From positions 832,001-896,000 of the forward strand of contig CAVVJT010000010.1 in assembly GCA_963748625.1 (NCBI GenBank): DNA of 64,000 bases, read 5' to 3'. This DNA is from an uncultured Chloroflexia bacterium (GTDB lineage Bacteria; Chloroflexota; Limnocylindria; Limnocylindrales; CSP1-4). Every line of letters begins with the position of its first letter. Position 1 is the first letter of the stretch. The position numbers and the translations under genes were made by a program. Shown piece by piece: positions 55,901 through 64,000 of this stretch. The notes beneath the pieces are model-generated. The model saw only the letters and a program-made list of their open reading frames with translations, searched no databases and was not told the origin of the DNA.

Positions 55901-56769
55901 GCCGGCACCTCCCCATCGAGGCGGGCGAGCGCCGTCGCCAGCGCCCGGCGGCCCAGGACCCGGAGCATCGCGAGCCGGTACTCGGGCCCCGCACGCATGG
56001 ACGTCGGCGACGGGTGTGCATCAGCGAACAGGTGCTCGAACACGGCCGCGCGGTCCTCCTCGGACGAGGTCGGGTCCGCGAGGATGCCCGACGAGTCCAT
56101 GCGGAGCAGCGGCCGCGGCCCGACGCTGCCGAACGCGACCCGGGTCACGTCGGAACCGTCCACTCCGCAGGCGAGCGTGACCGACGCGAGGTCGTGGCCG
56201 CGGCGTCGGGTCCGCCGCTGGTGGGCACTCGCAAGGCGGACATGGCGCGCAGGGAGCTCGATCGCGGTGACCAGCTCGCCCCGCGCCAGCGTGGTGACCC
56301 CGGACCGGACGAAGAACGCATCGAGGGGGATGCGGCGCGCGCCGCCCGGACCCGCGGCGACGATGATGGCGCCATGGATCAGGAGCGCTGGCGCCGTGTC
56401 GGCCGCCGGCGACGCATTGCACAGGTTGCCCGCGAGCGTCGCCCGGTTGCGGACCTGGACCGAGCCGACAACCGCCGCCGCCTCCGCAAGCGCGGCGACG
56501 TGACGCCGGATCACCGGGTGCGCCGCAATCTCGGTCATCGTGGTCGTGGCGGCGATGACCAGCCAGCCCCCATCGCCGGCACGGATCCCCGGCGCCAGCT
56601 CCGGCACGCGCTTCACGTCCACCACGATCGAGGGCGTCGCCGATCCATCCCGGAGGCGGATCAGGAGGTCGGTGCCGCCCGCCAGCACGCGCGCCGCGGA
56701 CCCGTGCTCGGCGAGCAGGGCCACGGCCTCCGCGAGGCTTGTCGGGCGGGCGTACTCGAACGGATGCAT
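55897..56769 (-). CDS. XDH-family FAD-binding medium subunit
   Basis: LAGGTDL, QVRNRATLAGNLCNASPAAD. Confidence 0.95.
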   Translation of the reverse strand: MHPFEYARPTSLAEAVALLAEHGSAARVLAGGTDLLIRLRDGSATPSIVVDVKRVPELAPGIRAGDGGWLVIAATTTMTEIAAHPVIRRHVAALAEAAAVVGSVQVRNRATLAGNLCNASPAADTAPALLIHGAIIVAAGPGGARRIPLDAFFVRSGVTTLARGELVTAIELPARHVRLASAHQRRTRRRGHDLASVTLACGVDGSDVTRVAFGSVGPRPLLRMDSSGILADPTSSEEDRAAVFEHLFADAHPSPTSMRAGPEYRLAMLRVLGRRALATALARLDGEVPA

Positions 56770-56772
56770 GGT

Positions 56773-57666
56773 TCAGGCGAGGATCCTGTCCACCTCGTCC
56801 ATGAGGACCTGGGGGTTAGCCGCACGGATGAAGTAGAAGGGGCGCTCGCAGAACCGGTTCACGAACTCCGCGCGGCGGGCGCGCAACTCGTCGTTGTCCA
56901 CCAGGGGCATCACATGTCCCGGCGCGAGCAGCTCGTTGGTCAGGAAGTAGTTCTGGAGGCTGTGCAGGAACTGGAACTGGCGCTCGAACGGGATGAGCTC
57001 GTTCGTGGCCGCGTCGAAGTTGCCGTCGATGGCCGGGACGATGACGAGGTCGATGTCGGGCTCGCCGTCGAAGAGCTCCCACTCCGGCATCACCGGGCCC
57101 CAGAACTTCTCGACGCCCTTGTTCGGGGCAGCCTTGTCGGAGCGCTCGGTGCCCTCGGTGCGCTTGACGAGGAACACGTCCACGGAGCCCATGACGGCGC
57201 GGCCGTCGTCAGCGATGACCGTGGTCTCGGAGGCCACCTGGCGCGCGCCGCGCTTGCCGGCCTCGATCAGGCCCATGGACTTGCCGTGGTTGGACTCGCC
57301 GCCCAGGAACAGGAACGTCCTGCCCTTGTAGTTCACGGCAGCGGAGTGGGACGGGTGGAGACCGACCGCCTCCATGCGCAGCGCGAGCACGGCCACGATG
57401 ACCTTCTGGATGGGACCCGCCGGCCAGTCCCCGGTGAACGTGACCCGGCGACCGTCGTACTCGACCTTCTTCGCCCCATCCTGGTTCCAGATGATGTCGG
57501 GCTCGGCCAGGGTGACCTCGGGCGAGATCCGAACATCGGCCAGGCGGTAGTTCATGAAGGACATGTCGTCGAGCACGTGCTCGCGCGGCGCGCCCCCGTG
57601 GACGTCGATCCGCAGGCGGGCGGCGCCGCAGGAGAACTCCTCGGTGAGCTGGAGCGTGTCGTTCAT
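56773..57666 (-). CDS. Hypothetical protein with HPr-kinase-like P-loop region
   Basis: HSAAVNYKGRTFLFLGGESNHGKS resembles the H-x-x-x-V...GxSGxGKS motif of HprK-related proteins. Confidence 0.55.
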   Translation of the reverse strand: MNDTLQLTEEFSCGAARLRIDVHGGAPREHVLDDMSFMNYRLADVRISPEVTLAEPDIIWNQDGAKKVEYDGRRVTFTGDWPAGPIQKVIVAVLALRMEAVGLHPSHSAAVNYKGRTFLFLGGESNHGKSMGLIEAGKRGARQVASETTVIADDGRAVMGSVDVFLVKRTEGTERSDKAAPNKGVEKFWGPVMPEWELFDGEPDIDLVIVPAIDGNFDAATNELIPFERQFQFLHSLQNYFLTNELLAPGHVMPLVDNDELRARRAEFVNRFCERPFYFIRAANPQVLMDEVDRILA

Positions 57667-58409
57667 CGTGTCCTTCCGGGGGTGTCAGTCAGCGAGGGCT
57701 CAGCGGGGCCTGCGGGATCGGCGGACGCACCGGGTTCGGCCGGCTCCCCGGGCATCTCCACCCAGCGCTCGGCGAGCGAGGCGCGGGCAAGCTCGAAGTG
57801 GTGGCGGATGGCGTCCTCGGCGACGGCCGGGTCGCCGCCCCGAAGGCTCTCGATAATGGGCCCGTGGAGCTCTGCCATGCGGACGCGGTCGCCGCCCGGG
57901 AGGGCCATCGTGATGTACGTGCGCGAGTGCGGCTCAAGCCTGCCCCACACGCGGGCCAGCGTCGCGTTGCCGGCGAGGTCCACCAGGTCGCCGTGGAAGC
58001 CGGCGTCGGCGGCCGCCTCGGCCACGGTGTCCCCGGCGCGCGCGGCGTCGAGCATGTCGGCCAGGCGCCGCGCCAGGCGGACGAGATCGGCCTCGCCCAG
58101 GTTGGGCAGCGCGAGCCGGATGGCCAGGGCCTCGAGCTCGGCGCGCACCACGTACGCCTCGAGCATCTCGGCCTTCGACGGCCGCCGCACCCGGGCGCCG
58201 CGGAAGGCGGCGATCTCCACGACCCCGAGCGCCTCGAGGTCGCGGAGCGCCTCGCGGACGGGCGCCTGGCTGGTTCCCAGCTCCTTGGCCACCCGGGTCT
58301 CGATGATGCGGGACCCGGGCGGATAGCGGCCGTCGAGGATGCCCTCGAGCAGGCGGTCCTTGACGGCGTCCGACAGGACGCTGCGGGCGATGGCGGTCTC
58401 GGCAGTCAT
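57663..58409 (-). CDS. GntR/FadR-family regulator (FCD domain)
   Basis: LGTSQAPVREAL; ADAGFH...H FCD motifs. Confidence 0.95.
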   Translation of the reverse strand: MTAETAIARSVLSDAVKDRLLEGILDGRYPPGSRIIETRVAKELGTSQAPVREALRDLEALGVVEIAAFRGARVRRPSKAEMLEAYVVRAELEALAIRLALPNLGEADLVRLARRLADMLDAARAGDTVAEAAADAGFHGDLVDLAGNATLARVWGRLEPHSRTYITMALPGGDRVRMAELHGPIIESLRGGDPAVAEDAIRHHFELARASLAERWVEMPGEPAEPGASADPAGPAEPSLTDTPGRTR

Positions 58410-58423
58410 CCTGTCGTTCCCGG

Positions 58424-60217
58424 TCAGTCGATCGCCGGGATTGCGGGCGCCGCACGCTCGATGATGTCGACCACGCCGAGGACGTACGTCGTCCCGTCCT
58501 CGCGGGTGACCTCGCGGGAGGTGAGCCGCACCCGGTCACCGGTCCTGATCTTCGCGGTGGCGTTCGAGGTGCCCACGACCGCGGGAATCTCGTACTCGCG
58601 CGCGAGCACGGCCGGGTGCGCGGCGAACCCCCCGGCATCGGTCACGAGGCCTTGGATCTTGCCGAACAGGATCTGCCAGGCCGGGTTGGTCATCTGGCAG
58701 ACGAGGATGTCGCCGGGCTTGACCTGGTCGAACTCGGCCTCGGACAGGACCACGCGGGCGACGCCCTCGACGGTACCCGGCGAGCCCAGGATGCCGGTGA
58801 CCTCGGCCTCGGCCGCCCCGATGGAGCGATAGAACTTCTCCGGGAAGGCCCACAGGTTGAGATACGGGAAGTCGAGCTGGGCCTGGGTGCAGGTGCCCAC
58901 CCAGTCACGCGGCGTGACATCGTAGGCGGCGTCGCGCTCGGCCTTGTTCTTGGCGACCAGGGCACGGGCGTCGCCGGTCGGGTTGCCGATGACGTACCGC
59001 AGCTCGTTGTAGTGCATGAGGATCACGTCGTCGGGGCGGTCGATGGCGCCCGATGCCACGAGCTTCTCGCCCACCGCGAGCAGGACCTGGCGCACGTGCG
59101 CGTTGGCGCCCTGGTCGATGTAGAAGTGGTGGTCCGGGGTGAGCGGCGCCATGCGCAGGTTGACCGTCAGGGCCCGCTGCATGTCGGCGAGAGCGTCACC
59201 CTCCAGGCCGTCGAGGATCTCGGCTGAGGCGGCCTTGATGTCGTCGGCGAGGCGCTTCTTGGACGCCGGGTAGTCGTAGTCCTGGGTCACCTGGTCCCGC
59301 ACGAGGCCGATGATCGGCTCCATGTTCTCGAGGAAGCTCGGGAAGATGAACTCGTGGCTCCAGACCGCGTGCCAGCCGAACTCCTGCTGGTACGGCTTGA
59401 CGCGCTCGGCGATGAAGCGCTGGCCGCGCGGGCTCGCCTCGAGGGCCGCGACGATGTCCGCGGGCTCCTTGTGGTCGAAGGCAGCCTGAAGGTCAGGGTT
59501 GACCGTGACCTCCTCCTTCATGACCCACAGGGCCTCGATCTTGTCCCAGTTGCGGTCGGTGGCCGAGTTCTGGAGCCGGCCGAGGAGCGCGGGGTCCGCC
59601 TTGCCATGCTTGGCGGCGGTGGCCTGGAGGTCAAGGGTGCCGCTGAACTGGGCGAAATTCAGCATCCAGTGGATCTTCCAGTGGCGATCGTGGATGTCGA
59701 TCGCGTCCTCAAGGAGCACCGCGGCCCGGGCAAGGGACATGCTGTCCTTGGTCGCCAGCCGCGCCTCGAGGTAGTCGAAGTTGCGCTGCATCTCGGGGAC
59801 CAGGCGGTTCTTCCACCAGTCCGCGAACTCCATGCCGTACACGCCAAGCGTGCCGAACAGGTAGCCCCCGATGTTCGCCGCGTACGCCGGGTCCTGCGGG
59901 ACGACGGCGTTCATCGCGAACCCGTTCTCCTGCATCGCGACCTTGACGCCGGCTTCGGCCGGGACCGCCGCGGTGTACAGGTAGCCGTTGATCTTCTTGG
60001 CGATCCAGTCGCTCGCGAACGGCGTGCCGAAGCGGCGGAACATGTGGTCGCACGTGAGCCACCAGCCGCCGATGTCCTCGTACATCGGCGACAGCGGCTG
60101 CGGGCAGTGCAGGTCGTCGAAGACCCAGAAGAGGTCCTTCTCCGTCTCGCTCGACCACTCGACCGGGAACGACTCGTCACCGAAGAAGGTGGCGAGCGCT
60201 GTCTCCTTGAGGGGCAC
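58424..60217 (-). CDS. PEP-utilising enzyme: substrate-binding helical domain plus C-terminal phospho-His swivel domain; no ATP-grasp (PpsA/CreH/Rph-like)
   Basis: DDLHCPQPLSP N-terminus; GSPGTVEGVARVV, GDILVCQMTNPAW, TDAGGFAAHPAVLAREYEIPAVVG. Confidence 0.85.
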   Translation of the reverse strand: MPLKETALATFFGDESFPVEWSSETEKDLFWVFDDLHCPQPLSPMYEDIGGWWLTCDHMFRRFGTPFASDWIAKKINGYLYTAAVPAEAGVKVAMQENGFAMNAVVPQDPAYAANIGGYLFGTLGVYGMEFADWWKNRLVPEMQRNFDYLEARLATKDSMSLARAAVLLEDAIDIHDRHWKIHWMLNFAQFSGTLDLQATAAKHGKADPALLGRLQNSATDRNWDKIEALWVMKEEVTVNPDLQAAFDHKEPADIVAALEASPRGQRFIAERVKPYQQEFGWHAVWSHEFIFPSFLENMEPIIGLVRDQVTQDYDYPASKKRLADDIKAASAEILDGLEGDALADMQRALTVNLRMAPLTPDHHFYIDQGANAHVRQVLLAVGEKLVASGAIDRPDDVILMHYNELRYVIGNPTGDARALVAKNKAERDAAYDVTPRDWVGTCTQAQLDFPYLNLWAFPEKFYRSIGAAEAEVTGILGSPGTVEGVARVVLSEAEFDQVKPGDILVCQMTNPAWQILFGKIQGLVTDAGGFAAHPAVLAREYEIPAVVGTSNATAKIRTGDRVRLTSREVTREDGTTYVLGVVDIIERAAPAIPAID

Positions 60218-60296
60218 CGTTGATCCTCCTTGTGCCCGGGGCTGACGTCCCCGCGGGCCTGGGTGTGGCTGGTGTACCGGCGCGACGGATCTACCT

Positions 60297-60343
60297 TCGA
60301 TAATCGATTAGCGATGGTAGGCCTGCGGCGGAGCGGGCGTCAA
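60297..60343 (-). promoter_or_regulatory. Sigma70-type promoter with palindromic GntR-type operator
   Basis: Minus strand TTGACG-N18-TACCAT (60343-60314); operator TCGATAATCGAT at 60297-60308. Confidence 0.65.
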
Positions 60344-60396
60344 GACGGGTACCCGTGCGATGGGAGACCGCTCGGATTGCAGCCGGCGGCCGCCGA

Positions 60397-61062
60397 TCAA
60401 CCCCCGCCCGACAGCCAGCCACCGGCCAGGTGCGCCGACGCCTCGTCGAAGTGCCGGCGCAACGCGGCCTCGACCGCCGCCGCATCCCGAGCCCGGAGCG
60501 CCGCGAGCACCGGCAGGTGCAGGTCCGCGGACCACTGCGCATCGGCCCCCGGCGCGACCAGCGTGATGTAGGTGCGCGAGAATGGCTCCAGGGACTGCCA
60601 CACCCGCTCCAGCGTGCCGTTCCCTGCCAGCGCGAGGATCCGCGCATGGAATGCCGCATCCACGACGGCCACGGCATGCCGGTCTCCAGCCCGCGCTGCG
60701 TTCTGCATGCCGGCGCCAAGCGCCTCGAGCTCGTCGAGGTCGGCCCCGGTCATCCCGGGCACACCCAGCCGCGCGCCCAGCGCCTCCAGCTCGGAGCGGA
60801 CGATGTACGCCTCCAGCAGCTCCGCCGTCGACGGCATTCGCACGCGCGCACCGCGGAACGGCATGATCTCCACGATCCCGAGCGCTTCGAGGCCGCGCAG
60901 GGCCTCCCGGACGGGCGCCTGGCTGACCCCGAGCTCCCGCGCCACCCGCGTCTCGACGATCCGCGCCTCGGGCGGATACTTGTCGGACAGGATGTCCTGC
61001 AGGAGCCGGTCCTTGACCTGCTCGGCGAGCACACTGCGGGAGATGGTCGGGTCGGCTGGCAT
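60397..61062 (-). CDS. GntR/FadR-family regulator (FCD domain), paralogue of 57663..58409
   Basis: RSVLAEQVKDRLL, LGVSQAPVREAL, DAAFH, SRTYIT. Confidence 0.95.
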   Translation of the reverse strand: MPADPTISRSVLAEQVKDRLLQDILSDKYPPEARIVETRVARELGVSQAPVREALRGLEALGIVEIMPFRGARVRMPSTAELLEAYIVRSELEALGARLGVPGMTGADLDELEALGAGMQNAARAGDRHAVAVVDAAFHARILALAGNGTLERVWQSLEPFSRTYITLVAPGADAQWSADLHLPVLAALRARDAAAVEAALRRHFDEASAHLAGGWLSGGG

Positions 61063-61080
61063 GGAGCACTCGAGTGGGCT

Positions 61081-62016
61081 GTGAACGGTTCGGAGCATAG
61101 CGCTGCCACGCAGCCGCGAGGGCTCGAACAGCACGGCGATCCCGTCGCTGACGGGCGGATCGCGAGCGTCCCGCACCACTGGACAGTCTGGGCGTTCGCG
61201 GACATCCACGGCGTTGCCTCCGGCTTCGAGCAGGGGCTGCGCGAGGCGGGGCTGGTCGACGAGCGCCTCCGCTGGGTGGCCCCGCCCGAGACCGCGCTCG
61301 TGGGCTGTGGGGACTACGTGGACCGGGGCACGGCCAACCGCCGCGTGACCGCGCTCCTCCGTCGCCTCCAGGCGGAGGCTCAGGCCGCCGGCTCCCTCGT
61401 GATCCCCGCCCGTGGCAACCACGACCACCTTCTCTCCACGCTGGCCGAGGGCACCAGCGTCGATCTCGCCACCTGGCTGGCATATGGCGGCGGTGCCACC
61501 CTCGACGACTTCGGGCTCCCCACGCCGGATCGCGCCGACCCCGCCCCCACCCTGCGGCGCATGGACGAGGGGCAGCCGGGCTTCCTGGCGTGGCTGGCTT
61601 CCCTCCCTCACGCCGTCCGCTGGCGTGACGTCCTCTTCGTCCACGGCGGCCTCCCGCCATGGGCGGGCCTCGACGACTTCGGCACGCAGACCGAGCAGCA
61701 CCTCTACGTCCGCCGCGACTGGTTCACGACAGCGTGGGAGACGGGCGTGTTCACGCGCTTCGAGGAGGCAGGCATCGCGCGCGTCGTCTTCGGTCACACC
61801 CCGCGTCCTGACGGCGCGCAGCTGTTCCACGGTGGCCGCTCCATCGACCTCGACACCAACGCCTGCGGCAACCCCCACATGCCCGATGACGCCCGGCGCC
61901 TGGTCACCCTGCTCGAGCTGCACGGCGACATCCCCTTCGCGGAGGCCCGGCGGGTCGTCGTGGACACCCGCGACGCTCCCGACCGCTCGCGGATGCAACC
62001 TCCCGGCAACCCTTGA
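61081..62016 (+). CDS. Metallophosphoesterase (PPP/ApaH/PrpA-like); start uncertain
   Basis: ADIHG, GDYVDRG, RGNHD, FVHGG, FGHTP, LDT. Confidence 0.85.
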   Translation: MNGSEHSAATQPRGLEQHGDPVADGRIASVPHHWTVWAFADIHGVASGFEQGLREAGLVDERLRWVAPPETALVGCGDYVDRGTANRRVTALLRRLQAEAQAAGSLVIPARGNHDHLLSTLAEGTSVDLATWLAYGGGATLDDFGLPTPDRADPAPTLRRMDEGQPGFLAWLASLPHAVRWRDVLFVHGGLPPWAGLDDFGTQTEQHLYVRRDWFTTAWETGVFTRFEEAGIARVVFGHTPRPDGAQLFHGGRSIDLDTNACGNPHMPDDARRLVTLLELHGDIPFAEARRVVVDTRDAPDRSRMQPPGNP

Positions 62017-62087
62017 CGACCGTCGGCCTCCGCGATGGCCGGCCCGCCCGGTGTAGGCTCGGGAACTACTGCTAGGAGACACCACCG

Positions 62088-63161
62088 ATGAACGCCCCCG
62101 CCAAGCTGAACGCTCTCGGCCAGAGCCTGTGGCTCGACAACATCACCCGTGACCTGCTCGACTCCGGCACGCTCGCGCGCTACATCGCGGAGCTCTCGGT
62201 CACCGGGCTCACGTCGAACCCGACGATCTACGACAAGGCGATCAGCGGCGGCACCTCCTACGACGAGGACGTGCGCGAAGGCGCCGCGGCCGGCCTCGAC
62301 GCCGAGGGCATCTTCTTCGAGCTTGCGCTGGCGGACCTGCGCCGGGCGGCCGACCTGTTCCGGCCCATCCACGACCGCACCCTGGGCGTGGACGGGTTCG
62401 TGTCGCTCGAGGTCTCACCCCTGCTGGCCGACGACGCGGAGCAGACGCAGGTCTGGGCGGCGAAGCTGCACGCAGCGGGCGGGCGGCCGAACCTGTTCAT
62501 CAAGATCCCGGGCACCCCGGCGGGCCTCGTCGCCATCGAGGAGACGATCTTCGCGGGCGTGCCGGTCAACGTGACGCTCCTCTTCAGCGTGGACCAGTAC
62601 CGCGGCTGCCTGGAGGCCTACACGCGGGGCATCGAGCGCCGCGTCGAGGCAGGGCTGTCGCCGTATGTCGCGTCCGTGGCGTCGGTGTTCGTCAGCCGCT
62701 GGGACGGGGCCACCGCGTCGAAGCTCCCGGCGGAGCTCAAGAACCGCCTGGGCCTGGCGATCGGGCGGGCCGCGTACGCCGAGTACCGGTCCTTCACCAG
62801 CTCCGACCGCTGGCAGCGCCTGGCGAACGTCGGCGCGCGGCCGCAGCGCCTGCTCTTCGCCTCCACCGGGACGAAGGACCCGGCCGAGTCGGACACGATG
62901 TACATCGGCGGGCTGGCCGCACCGAACACCGTCAACACGATGCCCGAGGACACGCTCCTCGCGTTCGGTGACCACGGCGAGATGGGTGGCCTGCTCGACC
63001 CGGACATGGAGCACGCGCTCAACGAGCTGGCACGCTTCGCCGATGCCGGCATCGACATCGACGGGCTGGGGGCCGAGCTGCAGGCCAAGGGCGCCGCGTC
63101 CTTCGTGGACTCGTGGGCGTCGCTGGTGAAGCGGATCGAGGAGAAGGCCGCCGCGGGCTGA
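62088..63161 (+). CDS. tal: Transaldolase (long actinobacterial/plant type)
   Basis: GQSLWLDNI, GLTSNPTI, VSLEVSP, FIKIPGT, VASVFVSR, ASTGTKDP, VNTMPE. Confidence 0.95.
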   Translation: MNAPAKLNALGQSLWLDNITRDLLDSGTLARYIAELSVTGLTSNPTIYDKAISGGTSYDEDVREGAAAGLDAEGIFFELALADLRRAADLFRPIHDRTLGVDGFVSLEVSPLLADDAEQTQVWAAKLHAAGGRPNLFIKIPGTPAGLVAIEETIFAGVPVNVTLLFSVDQYRGCLEAYTRGIERRVEAGLSPYVASVASVFVSRWDGATASKLPAELKNRLGLAIGRAAYAEYRSFTSSDRWQRLANVGARPQRLLFASTGTKDPAESDTMYIGGLAAPNTVNTMPEDTLLAFGDHGEMGGLLDPDMEHALNELARFADAGIDIDGLGAELQAKGAASFVDSWASLVKRIEEKAAAG

Positions 63162-63370
63162 GGCCGGGGCAGCCGCCGCGGCTTGAGGTCAGGGGCAGGC
63201 TGCAGCGGGGTCCGCACGCTGCCGCGGATGCGGCGGATGCGGCGGATGCCCGACACTGCCGCGGATGGACGCTGCGTCCGTGAACAAGTCGAGCCTCTAC
63301 CACAGGGTAGCGGGTCGCCACGGACACACCATCCAGCCACAGGATGCGGTCTCTGACACGCAGGGCCCGA

Positions 63371-64000
63371 TCAGAGGCGCTCCGCCAGCACCTCGGCGAG
63401 GTGGCGGGCGCGACGTCCGTCCAGGAACTCGATCTGCGTGCGGCACGAGAAGCCGTCGGCGAGGATCTCGGTGCCCGCGCCGGTCGCGCGCAGGGCCGGC
63501 ATGAGCGCCAGTTCCGCGACGTCCCTCGAGATCTTCTCGTGGCCGGCCTCCGCGCCGAAGGAGCCCGCGAGGCCGCAGCAGCCCGCGAGGGTCTGCGTCG
63601 GGGTGATGCCCGCAGCGGTCATCAGGCGTGTGTCGGCCGCGGTGCCAATCACGGCCTGCTGGTGGCAGTGGGGCTGGACGAGGGCTTCGATCGGCGCGCC
63701 GTCGGGCGGGATCCAGCCGGCCTCATCGAGCACCTCCGCCAGGGTCCGGACCCGCCGCGCCACCGAGGCGCCGCGCTCGTCGTGCGGCAGGAGCTCGCCG
63801 ATGTCGCGGCGCAGGGAGGCGGCGCATGAGGGCTCAAGGACGACGATCGGCTCCTCACCCGCGAGTTCAGGGGCGGCAAGCGTCCGGGCCACCACCGCCT
63901 TCGCTGCGTCGAGCTGACCGGTCGTCACGTACGTGAGCCCGCAGCACACCTGGGTGCGCGGCACCACGGGCTCGAAGCCCGCCGCGCGGAGCACCCGCAG
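63371..64000 (-). CDS. C-terminal CCG (Fe-S) domains of an FAD/Fe-S oxidoreductase; starts outside the window
   Basis: VCCGLT, EPSC, HCHQ, GCCGLAGSFG, DGFSCRTQ. Confidence 0.85.
   Translation of the reverse strand: MRVLRAAGFEPVVPRTQVCCGLTYVTTGQLDAAKAVVARTLAAPELAGEEPIVVLEPSCAASLRRDIGELLPHDERGASVARRVRTLAEVLDEAGWIPPDGAPIEALVQPHCHQQAVIGTAADTRLMTAAGITPTQTLAGCCGLAGSFGAEAGHEKISRDVAELALMPALRATGAGTEILADGFSCRTQIEFLDGRRARHLAEVLAERL

Noticed and set aside
53157-56769. Aerobic CO dehydrogenase (coxMSL) or 4-hydroxybenzoyl-CoA reductase
   Set aside because: The active-site loop is AFRGFG, not AYxCSFR. The catalytic Glu is retained and the FAD subunit has no extra Fe-S insert. It is a generic Mo hydroxylase.
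3126-58326. Many long overlapping or antisense ORFs (e.g. 3126..5363+, 17952..19904+, 45918..48419-, 53349..55481+, 56014..58326+)
   Set aside because: These are shadow ORFs expected at ~70% GC: Arg/Pro/Gly-rich or antisense to well-supported genes, with no motifs.
1-64000. CRISPR array, integrase, transposase, phage or defence genes
   Set aside because: No regularly spaced repeats or recognisable motifs were found by eye.

Overview
High-GC (~70%) bacterial DNA, probably a Chloroflexota/Actinomycetota-like genome (taxon is an inference), with about 54 genes and one tRNA-His(GTG). Bases 1-14.8 kb hold accessory and housekeeping genes: S8 protease, RmuC-like nuclease, flavodoxin, GlcD-like oxidase, M1 peptidase, GNAT, BioY, a MacB/FtsX-type ABC pair, a CAP protein and a DAO-family oxidase. 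A ~27.4 kb sugar-catabolic island (15120-42545) follows tRNA-His. It is bracketed by a 198-bp direct repeat and has no integrase. The island encodes a 1,5-anhydro-D-fructose reductase (Afr) homologue, a PflD-clade glycyl radical enzyme with its activase, an FSA-type aldolase and a ROK-like kinase. It also encodes two GMC oxidoreductases, an ALDH, a CoA-transferase, an enoyl-CoA hydratase, GH88, KdgK, Eda, a sugar ABC transporter and an AraC regulator. Three of its operons share an upstream motif at fixed spacing. I infer a two-branch 1,5-anhydro-hexitol pathway: a PTS-independent radical branch, and an apparently undescribed oxidative, CoA-dependent ring-opening branch leading to KDG. A second unexplained system lies at 46.2-61 kb. 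It comprises a xanthine-dehydrogenase-family molybdoenzyme, two complementary partial PEP-dikinase-like proteins, an HprK-like P-loop protein and twin GntR regulators. A shared TCGATAATCGA operator links it to a distant SDR + metallo-beta-lactamase operon. Several single-base frameshifts are most likely sequencing errors. All product calls come from motif recognition; no database searches were run.
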